Source: Promethearchaeota archaeon
GTDB taxonomy: Archaea; Asgardarchaeota; Lokiarchaeia; Sigyniarchaeales; SOKP01
Length of the DNA: 31,247 nt
Assembly (NCBI GenBank): GCA_011364975.1
Contig: RDOE01000041.1
Location: 1-31,247 of the forward strand
Direction: 5' to 3'
Shown: positions 1 to 8,933 of the stretch, one piece after another
Numbering within the stretch: the stretch's first letter is position 1
Layout: the number at the start of each line of letters is the position of its first letter
The notes under the pieces: generated by a model
Seen by the model: the letters and a program-made list of their open reading frames with translations, nothing else
What the model was told of the DNA's origin: nothing
The model's database searches: none
Made by a program: the position numbers and the translations under genes

Positions 1-69
1 GTAGTAAATGAAATGAATTTAACGGAAAAAGAATTCGCCGAACGACTAGATAATTTAGGAAAACGATAA
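1..69 (+). CDS. 3' end of a gene truncated by the window edge (VVNEMNLTEKEFAERLDNLGKR*)
   Basis: Frame 1 is open from base 1 to TAA at 67-69, has protein-like composition and is followed by a T-tract. Confidence 0.6.
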   Translation, partial: VVNEMNLTEKEFAERLDNLGKR

Positions 70-84
70 GTACTGTTTCAATTT

Positions 85-109
85 TCTTTTTTTTTTAAAA
101 AAAAAAAGA
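85..109. terminator. Bidirectional oligo-T terminator (TC-T10-A11-GA) between convergent genes
   Basis: A T10 run (87-96) is directly followed by an A11 run (97-107), giving a U-tract on each strand just after each stop codon. Confidence 0.7.
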
Positions 110-110
110 T

Positions 111-512
111 TTACCAAAAAGGAATAGCTAAACTTTTTCCACTCATAAGTCCTAATATGAATGTAATCAGGAAATAAATAAAAAAGATCACAGTTGTAAC
201 TAAAAATGCATTAAGAAAGCCGATCCTATGGCGCAAATTTATGATTGCAATTGATATTATTAGAATGAGTATCCAAGCTATGAATGTATAAACAAATAAA
301 CTAAGTAGAACATAACATAGAGCTATAATTGAGGCCGTTATCAAAACTTTTAATGGTTCCGCTTTTTCAGATTTATCGAACATTCCGAGACCTACTTTTA
401 AAAGCAAAGCAATGATTAAGAAAAAGATTGCATATGCAAGTATAAACCAAATAATATTTTCGAACGAACTTAGAGATTGGTCCCAATAAGGAATAATAAA
501 TTGAAAAAACAA
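111..512 (-). CDS. Hypothetical membrane protein (about 4 TM helices)
   Basis: 133-aa ORF with four hydrophobic segments; GAGGT lies 8 nt upstream of the TTG start. Confidence 0.7.
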   Translation of the reverse strand: MFFQFIIPYWDQSLSSFENIIWFILAYAIFFLIIALLLKVGLGMFDKSEKAEPLKVLITASIIALCYVLLSLFVYTFIAWILILIISIAIINLRHRIGFLNAFLVTTVIFFIYFLITFILGLMSGKSLAIPFW

Positions 513-668
513 TCATTTCGACCTCTTATTAAATCAAAAATATGAATTTTTAAAGATATCCCAAAATTTAAACTTTTTTTCGAATTCAGTATCATTATTA
601 TAATATTTTGATTAGAGTGGAACATAATTATTTTAGAAACTTTATTTTCACCAAAAAAAATTGGAAAT

Positions 669-1760
669 GTGCAGATTAAAAATAGGATTGTACGTTCAGC
701 AACTTTAGAGGGATTAGCTGAAAAATATGGGTATGTAAGTTCTCGATTAATTAAATTTCATGAAGAATTAGCTCGGGGAGGTACTGGTCTTATAATTACT
801 GGTGCTGCTGCTGTCGATCCAAGCGGATCTGGAGGACCCTATCAAGTAAGAATCGATAATGAATCTTATTTAGATGGGCACAGAAAGTTAACTAATAAAA
901 TACATGAATATTCTGATATTAAAATCGCAATTCAACTCATTCATGTAGGACGACAAGGTTATCATCCAAAATATCATCCTATCGCCCCCTCCGCAGTGTT
1001 GTATCCAATTACAAATATCATGCCAAGAGTATTACGAACTGACGAGGTTGATCAATATATTAAAATGTTTGTTGACGCGAGTGTAAACGCTTATGAATGC
1101 GGATATGATATGGTACAATTGCATGGTGCCCATGGATATCTCCTCAGTAACTTTCTTTCTCCTTATACTAATAAGCGAAATGATATATATGGAGGAGATA
1201 TTGAAAATAGAGTTAGATTTATAATCGATATCTATAATCAAACTCGAGACAAGTTAGGAAAATCTTTTCCAATAATTATCAAATCTCAAATTAATGATTT
1301 TGTTCCAGGTGGATTAGAGGATGATGATGGAATAAGTATTGTTGAGAAACTTGTTGAGACTGGATTTGATGGGGTTGAACCAAGCGGTGGCATAGGAGAA
1401 ACTCCTATAATTACAAAGCAAGCTTATCCAAGTAAATTTATTAAAAAACCTGAAGATGAAAATTATTTTTTACCTCTCGCAAAAAAATTAAAACCAATTA
1501 TGAAGAACTCTGCTCTTATATTAGTTGGAGGAATCAAAAATCCAGTTTCAGCAGAAGAGATTCTTAAGAATAGATGGGCTGATTTTATATCCATGAGTAG
1601 ACCTTTAATATACGAACCGGATCTTCCTAAGCGATGGCAAGAAGGTGATTTAACCCCCGCAAAATGCACGAGTTGCAATTCATGTTTAGAAACTATGGGA
1701 ACAGGATTATATTGTGTAATTAGAAAAAAATTAGAGGAAAAAGATAGTAAAAATATATAA
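669..1760 (+). CDS. NADH:flavin oxidoreductase, Old Yellow Enzyme family, with C-terminal Cys motif
   Basis: Motifs KNRIVRSAT, ARGGTGLIITG, IQLIHVGRQ, QLHGAHGYLLSNFLSPYTNKRNDIYGG and SRPLIYEPDLP; C-terminal CTSCNSC...C is a likely Fe-S site. Confidence 0.92.
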   Translation: MQIKNRIVRSATLEGLAEKYGYVSSRLIKFHEELARGGTGLIITGAAAVDPSGSGGPYQVRIDNESYLDGHRKLTNKIHEYSDIKIAIQLIHVGRQGYHPKYHPIAPSAVLYPITNIMPRVLRTDEVDQYIKMFVDASVNAYECGYDMVQLHGAHGYLLSNFLSPYTNKRNDIYGGDIENRVRFIIDIYNQTRDKLGKSFPIIIKSQINDFVPGGLEDDDGISIVEKLVETGFDGVEPSGGIGETPIITKQAYPSKFIKKPEDENYFLPLAKKLKPIMKNSALILVGGIKNPVSAEEILKNRWADFISMSRPLIYEPDLPKRWQEGDLTPAKCTSCNSCLETMGTGLYCVIRKKLEEKDSKNI

Positions 1761-1794
1761 GAATTTATATAGAGTTTAATGCTTTAAATTCACA

Positions 1795-3672
1795 TCAATA
1801 AAGATCTTTAATGACAAAATCTAATTCCAATTCCTTTAAAGTTTCTTTAAGTGGATAAGCATTCTCTGGATTCCATCCCATTTTTGCACAATAACCCAAG
1901 AAATCTGCTTTGTAATCAACTGTTTTTCCTCTATTTGGACCTTCCTCAAATGGAGGATCTCCAACAACTCGACCAGGGAGGGTATTATTCGCGAGATCTA
2001 TGCCTTCTCTTAAAGTAAAAGCTTGTCGTAAATTTTGAATTCTTAAGCCGATTTTAATAATTTCATCAATATTCACATCCCATCCAGTTACAGCTTTAAT
2101 ACTCTCTAAAAAGGGATAAGTTTGAAACCAATAGGTGAATAGACACATACCTAAGGAATTAAGGCTTTGGTGTAATCCTGCGCACATCTTCATAGCTTCG
2201 TAGCGATCATCCCCAGGTTTTCGATACCGCTTTGGGAGGGTAAACTCTTTAATAAAATTATTTCGTGGTAGTACTCCTGTAATAAAGTGGTCCAGGCTAG
2301 AAGCCGTATGTCGTCCAGGTGTAGGCTCAAAAGCATAAGTTCGCCCCATCGAATTAAAAAATTTTGGATCGTGCATCGGCAGGGGTTGACCTAATGAATG
2401 CATTGCATATTTTTCACTATTTTTTCCAATCTTTTTTGTAGCAATTATGGGACCATCCGCTAAAATATCTCCAAAACCTTCTCTTTTGATCATATTCTCA
2501 ACTAGTTTAAATATTGCGTCTGAATTTCCCCAGTTTAGTTCAAGTCCATTAGTATCACTTTTGTTAATTAACCCATTTTCAAAACATTCGATTGCAAAGG
2601 CAACCATTCCTCCAACAGATATAGTATCTAATCCTGAACGATTACAAATATCATTTAGTTTAAAGAGTGAAATGAGATCATCATTAAGCAACATGTTGCC
2701 AAATGCAGCGCAAGTCTCATATTCGGGAATATGGGTTTCTTCAATGTTAGCTTCTGGCACCTTCATAATAGCACCACACTGAACAGAACAGGAAAAACAG
2801 CCATAATCTCTTAGTTTATATTTATTTATCTCCGCGGCAGAAATCTTATTCAAACGTTCCACAGGAAAATCTTGTGGACCATTTCCACCCCAATTTTTTA
2901 TAGGTGTGTCTCCCGATAAACCTGCAGATACATTGAGACAACTCAATCCCAATGTATGATATAAAAACATTGCTCCACTTTGATCGTTCTTAACTCCAGA
3001 ATTATAAGCTTTTGTATGCTCTAACAAACTCTCGCTATTTGCTACATTAACTTTATCATTCCCTTTAAGTACAATTGCTTTAAGTTTCTTTGAACCCATA
3101 ACCGCTCCAAGACCAGATCTTGCAGCAACTCTATGCTTATCGTGAACTATTCCTGATATAAGAGATAAATTCTCTCCTGAAGGCCCTATAGAAATAATAT
3201 TGACATTATTATGAGTTGATTTCAATTTATCTTCCGTTTCTGAAGTGTCCTTTCCCCATAAACTTGAAGCATCTAATACTTCTTTTGTATTATCTATTAT
3301 TGCCACATATTTAGGATTTTGTGCCATTCCTTTTATTAATATTCCATCAAATCCACATTTTTTAATTTCTGCTCCAATATAACCACCGACACTAGCATCT
3401 CCCCATGTACCAGTTAAAGGTGACTTACCAGCAACCATACATCTTCCAGTTAAAGGAGCAATTGATCCGGTCAATAATCCTGGAAAGAAACCAAGTATTG
3501 ATTCAGAACTAAGAGGGTCAGTTTTTTTCGGCATATGGTCATATATTAGTTTTGAAGCTAAACCATAACCTCCTAGATATTTTCGATATATTTCTTCGGG
3601 TAAAATTTCTACTGTGAATTCTTCTTTCGTTAGATCAATCCATAATACTTTTCCAAAAAATCCGTTTGACAT
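1795..3672 (-). CDS. aor: Aldehyde:ferredoxin oxidoreductase family (tungstopterin, 4Fe-4S)
   Basis: Motifs YLGGYGLA, KSPLTG, GAVMGSKKLKAI, CFSCSVQC, PEYET, GLDTIS and SLGMCLF; 625 aa is typical for the family. Confidence 0.95.
   Translation of the reverse strand: MSNGFFGKVLWIDLTKEEFTVEILPEEIYRKYLGGYGLASKLIYDHMPKKTDPLSSESILGFFPGLLTGSIAPLTGRCMVAGKSPLTGTWGDASVGGYIGAEIKKCGFDGILIKGMAQNPKYVAIIDNTKEVLDASSLWGKDTSETEDKLKSTHNNVNIISIGPSGENLSLISGIVHDKHRVAARSGLGAVMGSKKLKAIVLKGNDKVNVANSESLLEHTKAYNSGVKNDQSGAMFLYHTLGLSCLNVSAGLSGDTPIKNWGGNGPQDFPVERLNKISAAEINKYKLRDYGCFSCSVQCGAIMKVPEANIEETHIPEYETCAAFGNMLLNDDLISLFKLNDICNRSGLDTISVGGMVAFAIECFENGLINKSDTNGLELNWGNSDAIFKLVENMIKREGFGDILADGPIIATKKIGKNSEKYAMHSLGQPLPMHDPKFFNSMGRTYAFEPTPGRHTASSLDHFITGVLPRNNFIKEFTLPKRYRKPGDDRYEAMKMCAGLHQSLNSLGMCLFTYWFQTYPFLESIKAVTGWDVNIDEIIKIGLRIQNLRQAFTLREGIDLANNTLPGRVVGDPPFEEGPNRGKTVDYKADFLGYCAKMGWNPENAYPLKETLKELELDFVIKDLY
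3336..3402 (-). repeat. Left arm of a 67-bp inverted repeat (inside aor, encoding GDASVGGYIGAEIKKCGFDGIL)
   Basis: Its reverse complement matches 4707-4773 at 63/67 nt, including a 43-nt perfect run (3345-3387 vs 4722-4764); aligned by hand. Confidence 0.95.
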
Positions 3673-3811
3673 AATTACTAATTTTCATTTTGTTCTTAAA
3701 TAAGTAACTCTATTTGACGAATTTGTGAATAAGAATCTACAATAAGGAATAAAAAATTTTAAACATCAATTCATCTTTTATATCTCAAAAAAGTCAAATA
3801 AGACTACTTCT

Positions 3812-4672
3812 ATGAAAGATTTTACTAATAAAGTTGCAGTCATTACTGGAGCGGCAAGTGGGGTTGGGAGGGGGCTTGCTAATCAATGTGCTGTTGAAGG
3901 TATGAAGATAGTATTGGCAGACATTGAAAAGGACCCGTTATTGAAAGCTGAAAATGAATTAAGGCAAACTGGAGCCCAAACCATATCAGTATTAATGGAT
4001 GTATCAAAGTTAGAAGATGTAGAACGCCTAGCAAATACAACAATTAAGGAATTTGGGGAAGTAGATTTACTTTTTAATAATGCAGGAGTAGGCACAAGAG
4101 AAAATATTTGGGAAAGCACTATAAATGATTGGAAATGGGTTTTAGGAGTGAATCTCTGGGGAGTTATCCATGGAGTAAAAATATTTACCCCAATTATGCT
4201 TAAACAAAACAAAGAGTGTTTTATTTTAAATACTGCATCAGGATTTGCTCTAATAAATGGAAGTAGTATATATGGTGTGACTAAACGTGGAATTTTAAGT
4301 TTATCTGAATCTTTAAGCATACAATTAAAACAAATTAAATCAAAAATAAAAGTTGCTGTATTAATTCCAGGGTTTGTAAATACTAATATTGCAAATAGTG
4401 CACGTAATAGACCATCCGAATTACAAAATAAGAAAACCTTTTTAGAGGGGGATTTAGAAGATAAAGAGGAAGGTTTAAGATATAATGCTCAAAGTTTAAT
4501 ATCGCAAGGAATGAATCCAGATTATTTTGCTAAAATTGTGTTTCATGGTATTAGAAAAAATAAATTTCATATTATTGGAGACCCTGCAATAAAATTTCTT
4601 TTTAATACACGAGTAAGCAGGATTTTAAGAGATATTAAATATTTTGAGAAACATATTAGTGAGATAAAATGA
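3812..4672 (+). CDS. Short-chain dehydrogenase/reductase (classical SDR)
   Basis: TGAASGVG nucleotide-binding motif, NNAG, NTAS, catalytic YGVTK and PGFVNT. Confidence 0.95.
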   Translation: MKDFTNKVAVITGAASGVGRGLANQCAVEGMKIVLADIEKDPLLKAENELRQTGAQTISVLMDVSKLEDVERLANTTIKEFGEVDLLFNNAGVGTRENIWESTINDWKWVLGVNLWGVIHGVKIFTPIMLKQNKECFILNTASGFALINGSSIYGVTKRGILSLSESLSIQLKQIKSKIKVAVLIPGFVNTNIANSARNRPSELQNKKTFLEGDLEDKEEGLRYNAQSLISQGMNPDYFAKIVFHGIRKNKFHIIGDPAIKFLFNTRVSRILRDIKYFEKHISEIK

Positions 4673-4790
4673 CAAAGGATTATGAAGAAAAGTTGCCGTT
4701 ATTACTGGAGCTGCTAGCGTTGGTGGTTATATTGGAGCAGAAATTAAAAAATGTGGATTTGATGAAATATTAAAAGTATTTGAAGATTGA
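4669..4790 (+). pseudogene. Chimeric remnant: frameshifted SDR N-terminus fused to an AOR fragment
   Basis: ATG overlaps the SDR stop (ATGA). Adding one A to the run at 4688-4691 gives MTKDYEEKVAVITGAAS-VGGYIGAEIKKCGFDEILKVFED*. The first part parallels the SDR start (MKDFTNKVAVITGAAS) and the second parallels AOR. Confidence 0.8.
4707..4773 (+). repeat. Right arm of the 67-bp inverted repeat (copy of aor coding sequence)
   Basis: GGAGCTGCTAGCGTTGGTGGTTATATTGGAGCAGAAATTAAAAAATGTGGATTTGATGAAATATTAA differs from the aor copy only at 4711, 4718, 4721 and 4765. Confidence 0.95.
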
Positions 4791-4806
4791 GTTAAAAATA
4801 GTTAAG

Positions 4807-4821
4807 CTAAAAAATTTTTAG
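4807..4821. terminator. Putative bidirectional terminator CTAAAAAATTTTTAG
   Basis: Palindromic A6/T5 tract between convergent units, just past the stop of the minus-strand gene. Confidence 0.4.
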
Positions 4822-4822
4822 A

Positions 4823-5626
4823 TTAAATTTTGATATCCCATTTTAAAAAGGAATATGGAATAAATTTTTCATGTTCTAATTCTGCTACAACATAACCTTT
4901 CAACATTGAGTTAGTACCTTTTAAGTAAATTGCTCCTAAGATTTCTTCAATCTCAAGTTCCCCCCAAGGATCACTTTCTGATGATTGCAAAATCAATTGC
5001 GCACTCCCTAACTTCAATTCACTTGGTCGGAATACCACTTCTTCCCGTATTAGTCTTGGTTTGTAATCAAAATAATTACCATCTGGGGAAGGAAAATGCT
5101 TATAATTATAACATACTTGGATAATATCTTTACTACCACCAGGGGTTCCTCCAGTCCTCTCAGCAACTAATTGAATAAATTCTGGTGAGTTAGGTCTTCC
5201 ATTTAATTTTGCTTTAACTTCAAAATATCGTGTTCCATGACGCTCAGACCAACCTTCTACATCTCTTTTCTCTTTGCGAAAGTGAATATTGGCTAATTTT
5301 TTAGGGTATCCAAAAACTTCCCTCCCAGCTACTAATGCCATATCATCAGTCACTGGCATAGCTAAGCAATATCCTCCTTCAATACCTTCGTATTCACAAG
5401 AAAGGAACACTGCGGCTTCTTTATAAATTGACCCAAAATTGGTACGTGGATAATCAGCTACAAATGCGAATATAATTGGCATTTCTGCAGGTTTTAAAGG
5501 AGGTGGAAGTAATCTTTTAATGATATCGGGTTTTGTTTGCCAATATACAGCTAGCATCTCAGCATCATAAAAGTCGGCGGTTTCTCTATTAGACATGAAC
5601 CCTCCAGAAGTTCTTAAAAAACTCAT
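4823..5626 (-). CDS. Acetoacetate decarboxylase-like superfamily protein
   Basis: RLLPPPL, Y.EAAVFL, and GREVFGYPKKLA containing the Schiff-base lysine motif PKK. Confidence 0.88.
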   Translation of the reverse strand: MSFLRTSGGFMSNRETADFYDAEMLAVYWQTKPDIIKRLLPPPLKPAEMPIIFAFVADYPRTNFGSIYKEAAVFLSCEYEGIEGGYCLAMPVTDDMALVAGREVFGYPKKLANIHFRKEKRDVEGWSERHGTRYFEVKAKLNGRPNSPEFIQLVAERTGGTPGGSKDIIQVCYNYKHFPSPDGNYFDYKPRLIREEVVFRPSELKLGSAQLILQSSESDPWGELEIEEILGAIYLKGTNSMLKGYVVAELEHEKFIPYSFLKWDIKI

Positions 5627-5710
5627 AATCTTATAATCTCATTCTTTTAATTTATTGAATTAATATTGGTAGATTTAATCTAAATATAAAAATAACTAAT
5701 TTTTTTTAGG

Positions 5711-7240
5711 TTAATCCTCATCTGTTACAATATGTTCTATTGGATCATGGTCATAATTATACATATGAAATTTTTTAGGGCTTAAAAGGAAATTTGGATC
5801 TACCGCTTTCTTCATTTTTTTAAAAAATTGTATAAACTCAGGAGTATATGCTCCTGCCTCGACAATTGATTGCGAAATTGCTTCCCCAAGCCAATAATGA
5901 ACACCACCATATTTTACTTGATGTCTTAATTTTTTATGCCACATATTCATTGATTGTTCTCTTTGTTCATCTAGATTATCTGCATTGAATCCTCCTACAA
6001 TTACACAATTGCCGTTTGGTAATAGAAAGATAACTGTAGCAAATAATGACATACTTCCTGGAGGAAATTCACCTCTATATTTTATATCGAATTCCTCTGC
6101 TGATTTTGCTGCTTGAGGAATTACACTTATAGGGATCTTATGACAGGTTGTACAGGATATCTTAGGAGGAGATATGGAAATATATTTATTAAAATAATTA
6201 TAGGCATATTTTAAATTAAAACGCCACTCTTTTGAAATAGTTGCAGTACTATCAATTTCTTGCCATTCAAACGGTCTTGCCTCATCCTTCATAATATTTT
6301 CAACTTGTTCAAGATAGATCTCTAGAATTCGCTCATCCATTGCTTCTGTTAAAATTGAAAATACTGGTCCTTTTAATCGAGGGCGTTTTTCTGGTTTATT
6401 TTCTGTCATAGTAGATAATAATTGCACAACAATAAGTGGAACAACTAAGACATCATGCAATCCATCTCTTACTTCTTTTCTTAATTTATAGAGTAACTCA
6501 TAGACTTTAGTGTAATCATTTTTATTTAATATATAGTATCGTTGTTGTTTGAAGGGAGTCTCAGGAAATAAGCGCAAAAAGGCTTTGGTTTTAATGCCCA
6601 TGGTACCCACATCTCCCATAAAAAGCCCTGTAAAATCAGGAGCAACACCATAACGGCAAAATGGTTTCGCATATTTACTTGCTGCGGCTCCCGTTCTGAT
6701 GATAGTGCCTTGAGGATTTGGGAGTACCACTTCTACTCCAAGGCATATATCAGGAACCAAACCATATTTTGTTGACCCAAATCCAGCTGTACTATTTGAA
6801 AGTCCTCCCCCTATAGTAGCAGAATACCCACTTCCAGGTCCCAAAACCCCTGTAGTCAATTGTTTTTGATGTAATTGGGAAATTAGCGAACCCCAAGTAA
6901 TTCCGCATTCTAGTTCACAATAATAATTTTCCTCGTCAATTTCGAGAATTTTATTCATTCTGGTAAGATCTATTAAGATTCCTCCATCAGCTACAGAACC
7001 ACCAACTAGATCTGCACCACCACCTCGAGGAACCATAGGAATTTTAAATTTATTTGCAATTTTAACTATATTAGATACTTCTTTTGAATTTTGAGGTCTT
7101 ACTATAAAATCAGCCCATCTATCTGGGAATGCCGGATCAACATTTCTTGAATAAGCCGCTCTCATGAAATCTTTATCGGTAATGTAATCGGAACCAATTA
7201 TATCTTCAATTTCTTTATATGCTTCTTTAACTTTTGACAT
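5711..7240 (-). CDS. FAD-linked oxidoreductase (GlcD / D-lactate dehydrogenase-like, VAO/PCMH family)
   Basis: VRPQNSKEVSNIVKIAN, PRGGGADLVGG, ATIGGGLS, KYG, GTMGIKTKA and C-terminal KKAVDPNFLLSP. Confidence 0.9.
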   Translation of the reverse strand: MSKVKEAYKEIEDIIGSDYITDKDFMRAAYSRNVDPAFPDRWADFIVRPQNSKEVSNIVKIANKFKIPMVPRGGGADLVGGSVADGGILIDLTRMNKILEIDEENYYCELECGITWGSLISQLHQKQLTTGVLGPGSGYSATIGGGLSNSTAGFGSTKYGLVPDICLGVEVVLPNPQGTIIRTGAAASKYAKPFCRYGVAPDFTGLFMGDVGTMGIKTKAFLRLFPETPFKQQRYYILNKNDYTKVYELLYKLRKEVRDGLHDVLVVPLIVVQLLSTMTENKPEKRPRLKGPVFSILTEAMDERILEIYLEQVENIMKDEARPFEWQEIDSTATISKEWRFNLKYAYNYFNKYISISPPKISCTTCHKIPISVIPQAAKSAEEFDIKYRGEFPPGSMSLFATVIFLLPNGNCVIVGGFNADNLDEQREQSMNMWHKKLRHQVKYGGVHYWLGEAISQSIVEAGAYTPEFIQFFKKMKKAVDPNFLLSPKKFHMYNYDHDPIEHIVTDED

Positions 7241-7307
7241 AACTCTCGGTTATAACCTTATTCTACTAAATAATATACCTAAATTATTAAACTTTAGAAT
7301 AAATATT

Positions 7308-8096
7308 TTATTTTAATTTATTCACTCTTTTCTGAATTTTCTTTTTTATTGCTTCATAAGTAGGAGGAGGCCCAGTTCTAATCGATTTATCATCGATAAA
7401 TAATGCATCTCCTATTCCCCATTCTAAAAAGACTTGACGATTGGATGTATCAATCTCTTTAAATATAACCTTATCCCCAAATTCAGAAGCTGCTTTTTTA
7501 GCTCTTTCATATATTGAATTTTGAGCAGGACACCATCCATTTATAAAGGAAGTTACTGTCACCTTTCCAGGGATCTTCTTTGGCTTTTTTTTTAACTTGA
7601 TCCATTTTGGAGGCTTAGCATTGGGATTAAAAGGTTTCCAGAGTAATACACCCATACCATGTTTATCCACTTTAAGATATCCTTGCTTTTTAAACCAAGA
7701 AGCTTTCATCCAGAAAGGTAATGATACACCCCAAGCACTTATACCGTTAAAGTTTAAGGATTTTACATCCTCTTCAGCAGCTTTAAGAAGCAGTTTTCCA
7801 ATTCCTCTCTTCTGAAAATTTCCTACACCTTCATTATAACCATGGACCCAAATGCACAATATATGATATAAATTTTCTCCTTGAGCAAAAGATTGCTCAA
7901 TGGGAATGTATTGTATCATTCCAACAGCGTTTTCCTTTTCATCAATAGCTACTTTTACTCTGAGACCTTTATCTTTAACTTTTTCATACCATATAGTTTT
8001 ACGATCCCCCGCTTGCTTCATCTCATCAGACCACTCTTCTAAACACATTAAATATGCCGGTTTATGTAATTCAGATAGATTTTTAATTTCAATCAT
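7308..8096 (-). CDS. GNAT N-acetyltransferase with C-terminal thioredoxin-like (YoaP-like) domain
   Basis: GMIQYIP, ILCIWV, acetyl-CoA motif QKRGIGKLLL and WFKKQGY; C-terminal GWCPAQN...ALFIDDK. Confidence 0.82.
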   Translation of the reverse strand: MIEIKNLSELHKPAYLMCLEEWSDEMKQAGDRKTIWYEKVKDKGLRVKVAIDEKENAVGMIQYIPIEQSFAQGENLYHILCIWVHGYNEGVGNFQKRGIGKLLLKAAEEDVKSLNFNGISAWGVSLPFWMKASWFKKQGYLKVDKHGMGVLLWKPFNPNAKPPKWIKLKKKPKKIPGKVTVTSFINGWCPAQNSIYERAKKAASEFGDKVIFKEIDTSNRQVFLEWGIGDALFIDDKSIRTGPPPTYEAIKKKIQKRVNKLK

Positions 8097-8200
8097 TTTG
8101 TTCCCCTTAATTATATAAGATTGGATTATTAATAATCAAAATTAAGAAATTGTGATATTTATAGTTTGTAATATAAGACTAATTTAAAAAACTTAGAGTA

Positions 8201-8542
8201 TTAAATCCACGAAGCTATAATTGGAGTAGTCGCAATAAGATCTACCAAATCCTCATACTGAATACATTTAACTTTTTGATGGATATCTTCTATATCTATT
8301 CCTCTTGCAGCAATATCTGGAATTAATCCGTAAACCTTTATTGGGAGGTCAAGAAGCTCATTAACTAGGATTGGAAGATTTATCTTCCTTGATAAACCAA
8401 TTACACCATCATGAATTAGAACTACAGCGATTCTTTTATGATTGATAATTTGCACTTTCAAAATCATTAATAAGTTTTTTAATTGCATCACTTTATTAGG
8501 ACTAAATCCAAAAAGATATAAAATTTCATTTTTTTCTTCCAT
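8201..8542 (-). CDS. dsrH: DsrH/TusB-like sulfur-relay subunit
   Basis: VVLIHDGV and VYGLIPDIAARGI, then I.YEDLVDLI...IASW. Start moved to ATG 8542, 5 nt after a GGTGA RBS. Confidence 0.8.
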   Translation of the reverse strand: MEEKNEILYLFGFSPNKVMQLKNLLMILKVQIINHKRIAVVLIHDGVIGLSRKINLPILVNELLDLPIKVYGLIPDIAARGIDIEDIHQKVKCIQYEDLVDLIATTPIIASWI

Positions 8543-8560
8543 AAAGTTCACCAAATTAAT

Positions 8561-8929
8561 TTAGTAGCGAAATATGGTATCTGCTTGTATAATAAAATCC
8601 GATATTTCTTCTATATTCGCTATCTTCACATTTTCAAAATTGATTAATTCATCTCGTTTAATACCAGCATTTTCCAAAGCAGTATCTAATGCAAAGATCT
8701 CAATATCTGACATTTCTATCATTCGATGAATATTTTCAACACTTTCCATGTGTATCACTTCTGGATTAAGTTTTTTACTCAAAAAGTAAACAGCATCACC
8801 CATAAAAATTATTTTACATGATTCAATATCTCCTAAAACCGTGATACCAGCACCCATTCGAATCGATTCGGTGGTTGAATTTTTACCTATTGGAGAATCT
8901 TCACAAATTATAACCACTGACTTTACCAT
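8561..8929 (-). CDS. dsrF: DsrF/TusC-like sulfur-relay subunit
   Basis: DsrE/F fold motifs (SPIG, ESIRMGAG, IIFMGDAVYFL) without the active-site Cys. Start moved to ATG 8929 downstream of GGAGGA (8942-8937). Confidence 0.75.
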   Translation of the reverse strand: MVKSVVIICEDSPIGKNSTTESIRMGAGITVLGDIESCKIIFMGDAVYFLSKKLNPEVIHMESVENIHRMIEMSDIEIFALDTALENAGIKRDELINFENVKIANIEEISDFIIQADTIFRY

Positions 8930-8933
8930 TTTA

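Noticed and set aside
3336-4773. Near-identical repeat pair as a diversity-generating retroelement TR/VR or as transposon terminal repeats
   Set aside because: No reverse transcriptase or transposase in the window, mismatches are not adenine-specific, and one arm is conserved enzyme coding sequence.
4707-4773. aor-derived arm acting as antisense RNA against aor mRNA
   Set aside because: On the SDR transcript it is aor-sense. It would be antisense only through readthrough of the minus-strand adc-like transcript past T-tracts near 4795-4815, for which there is no evidence.
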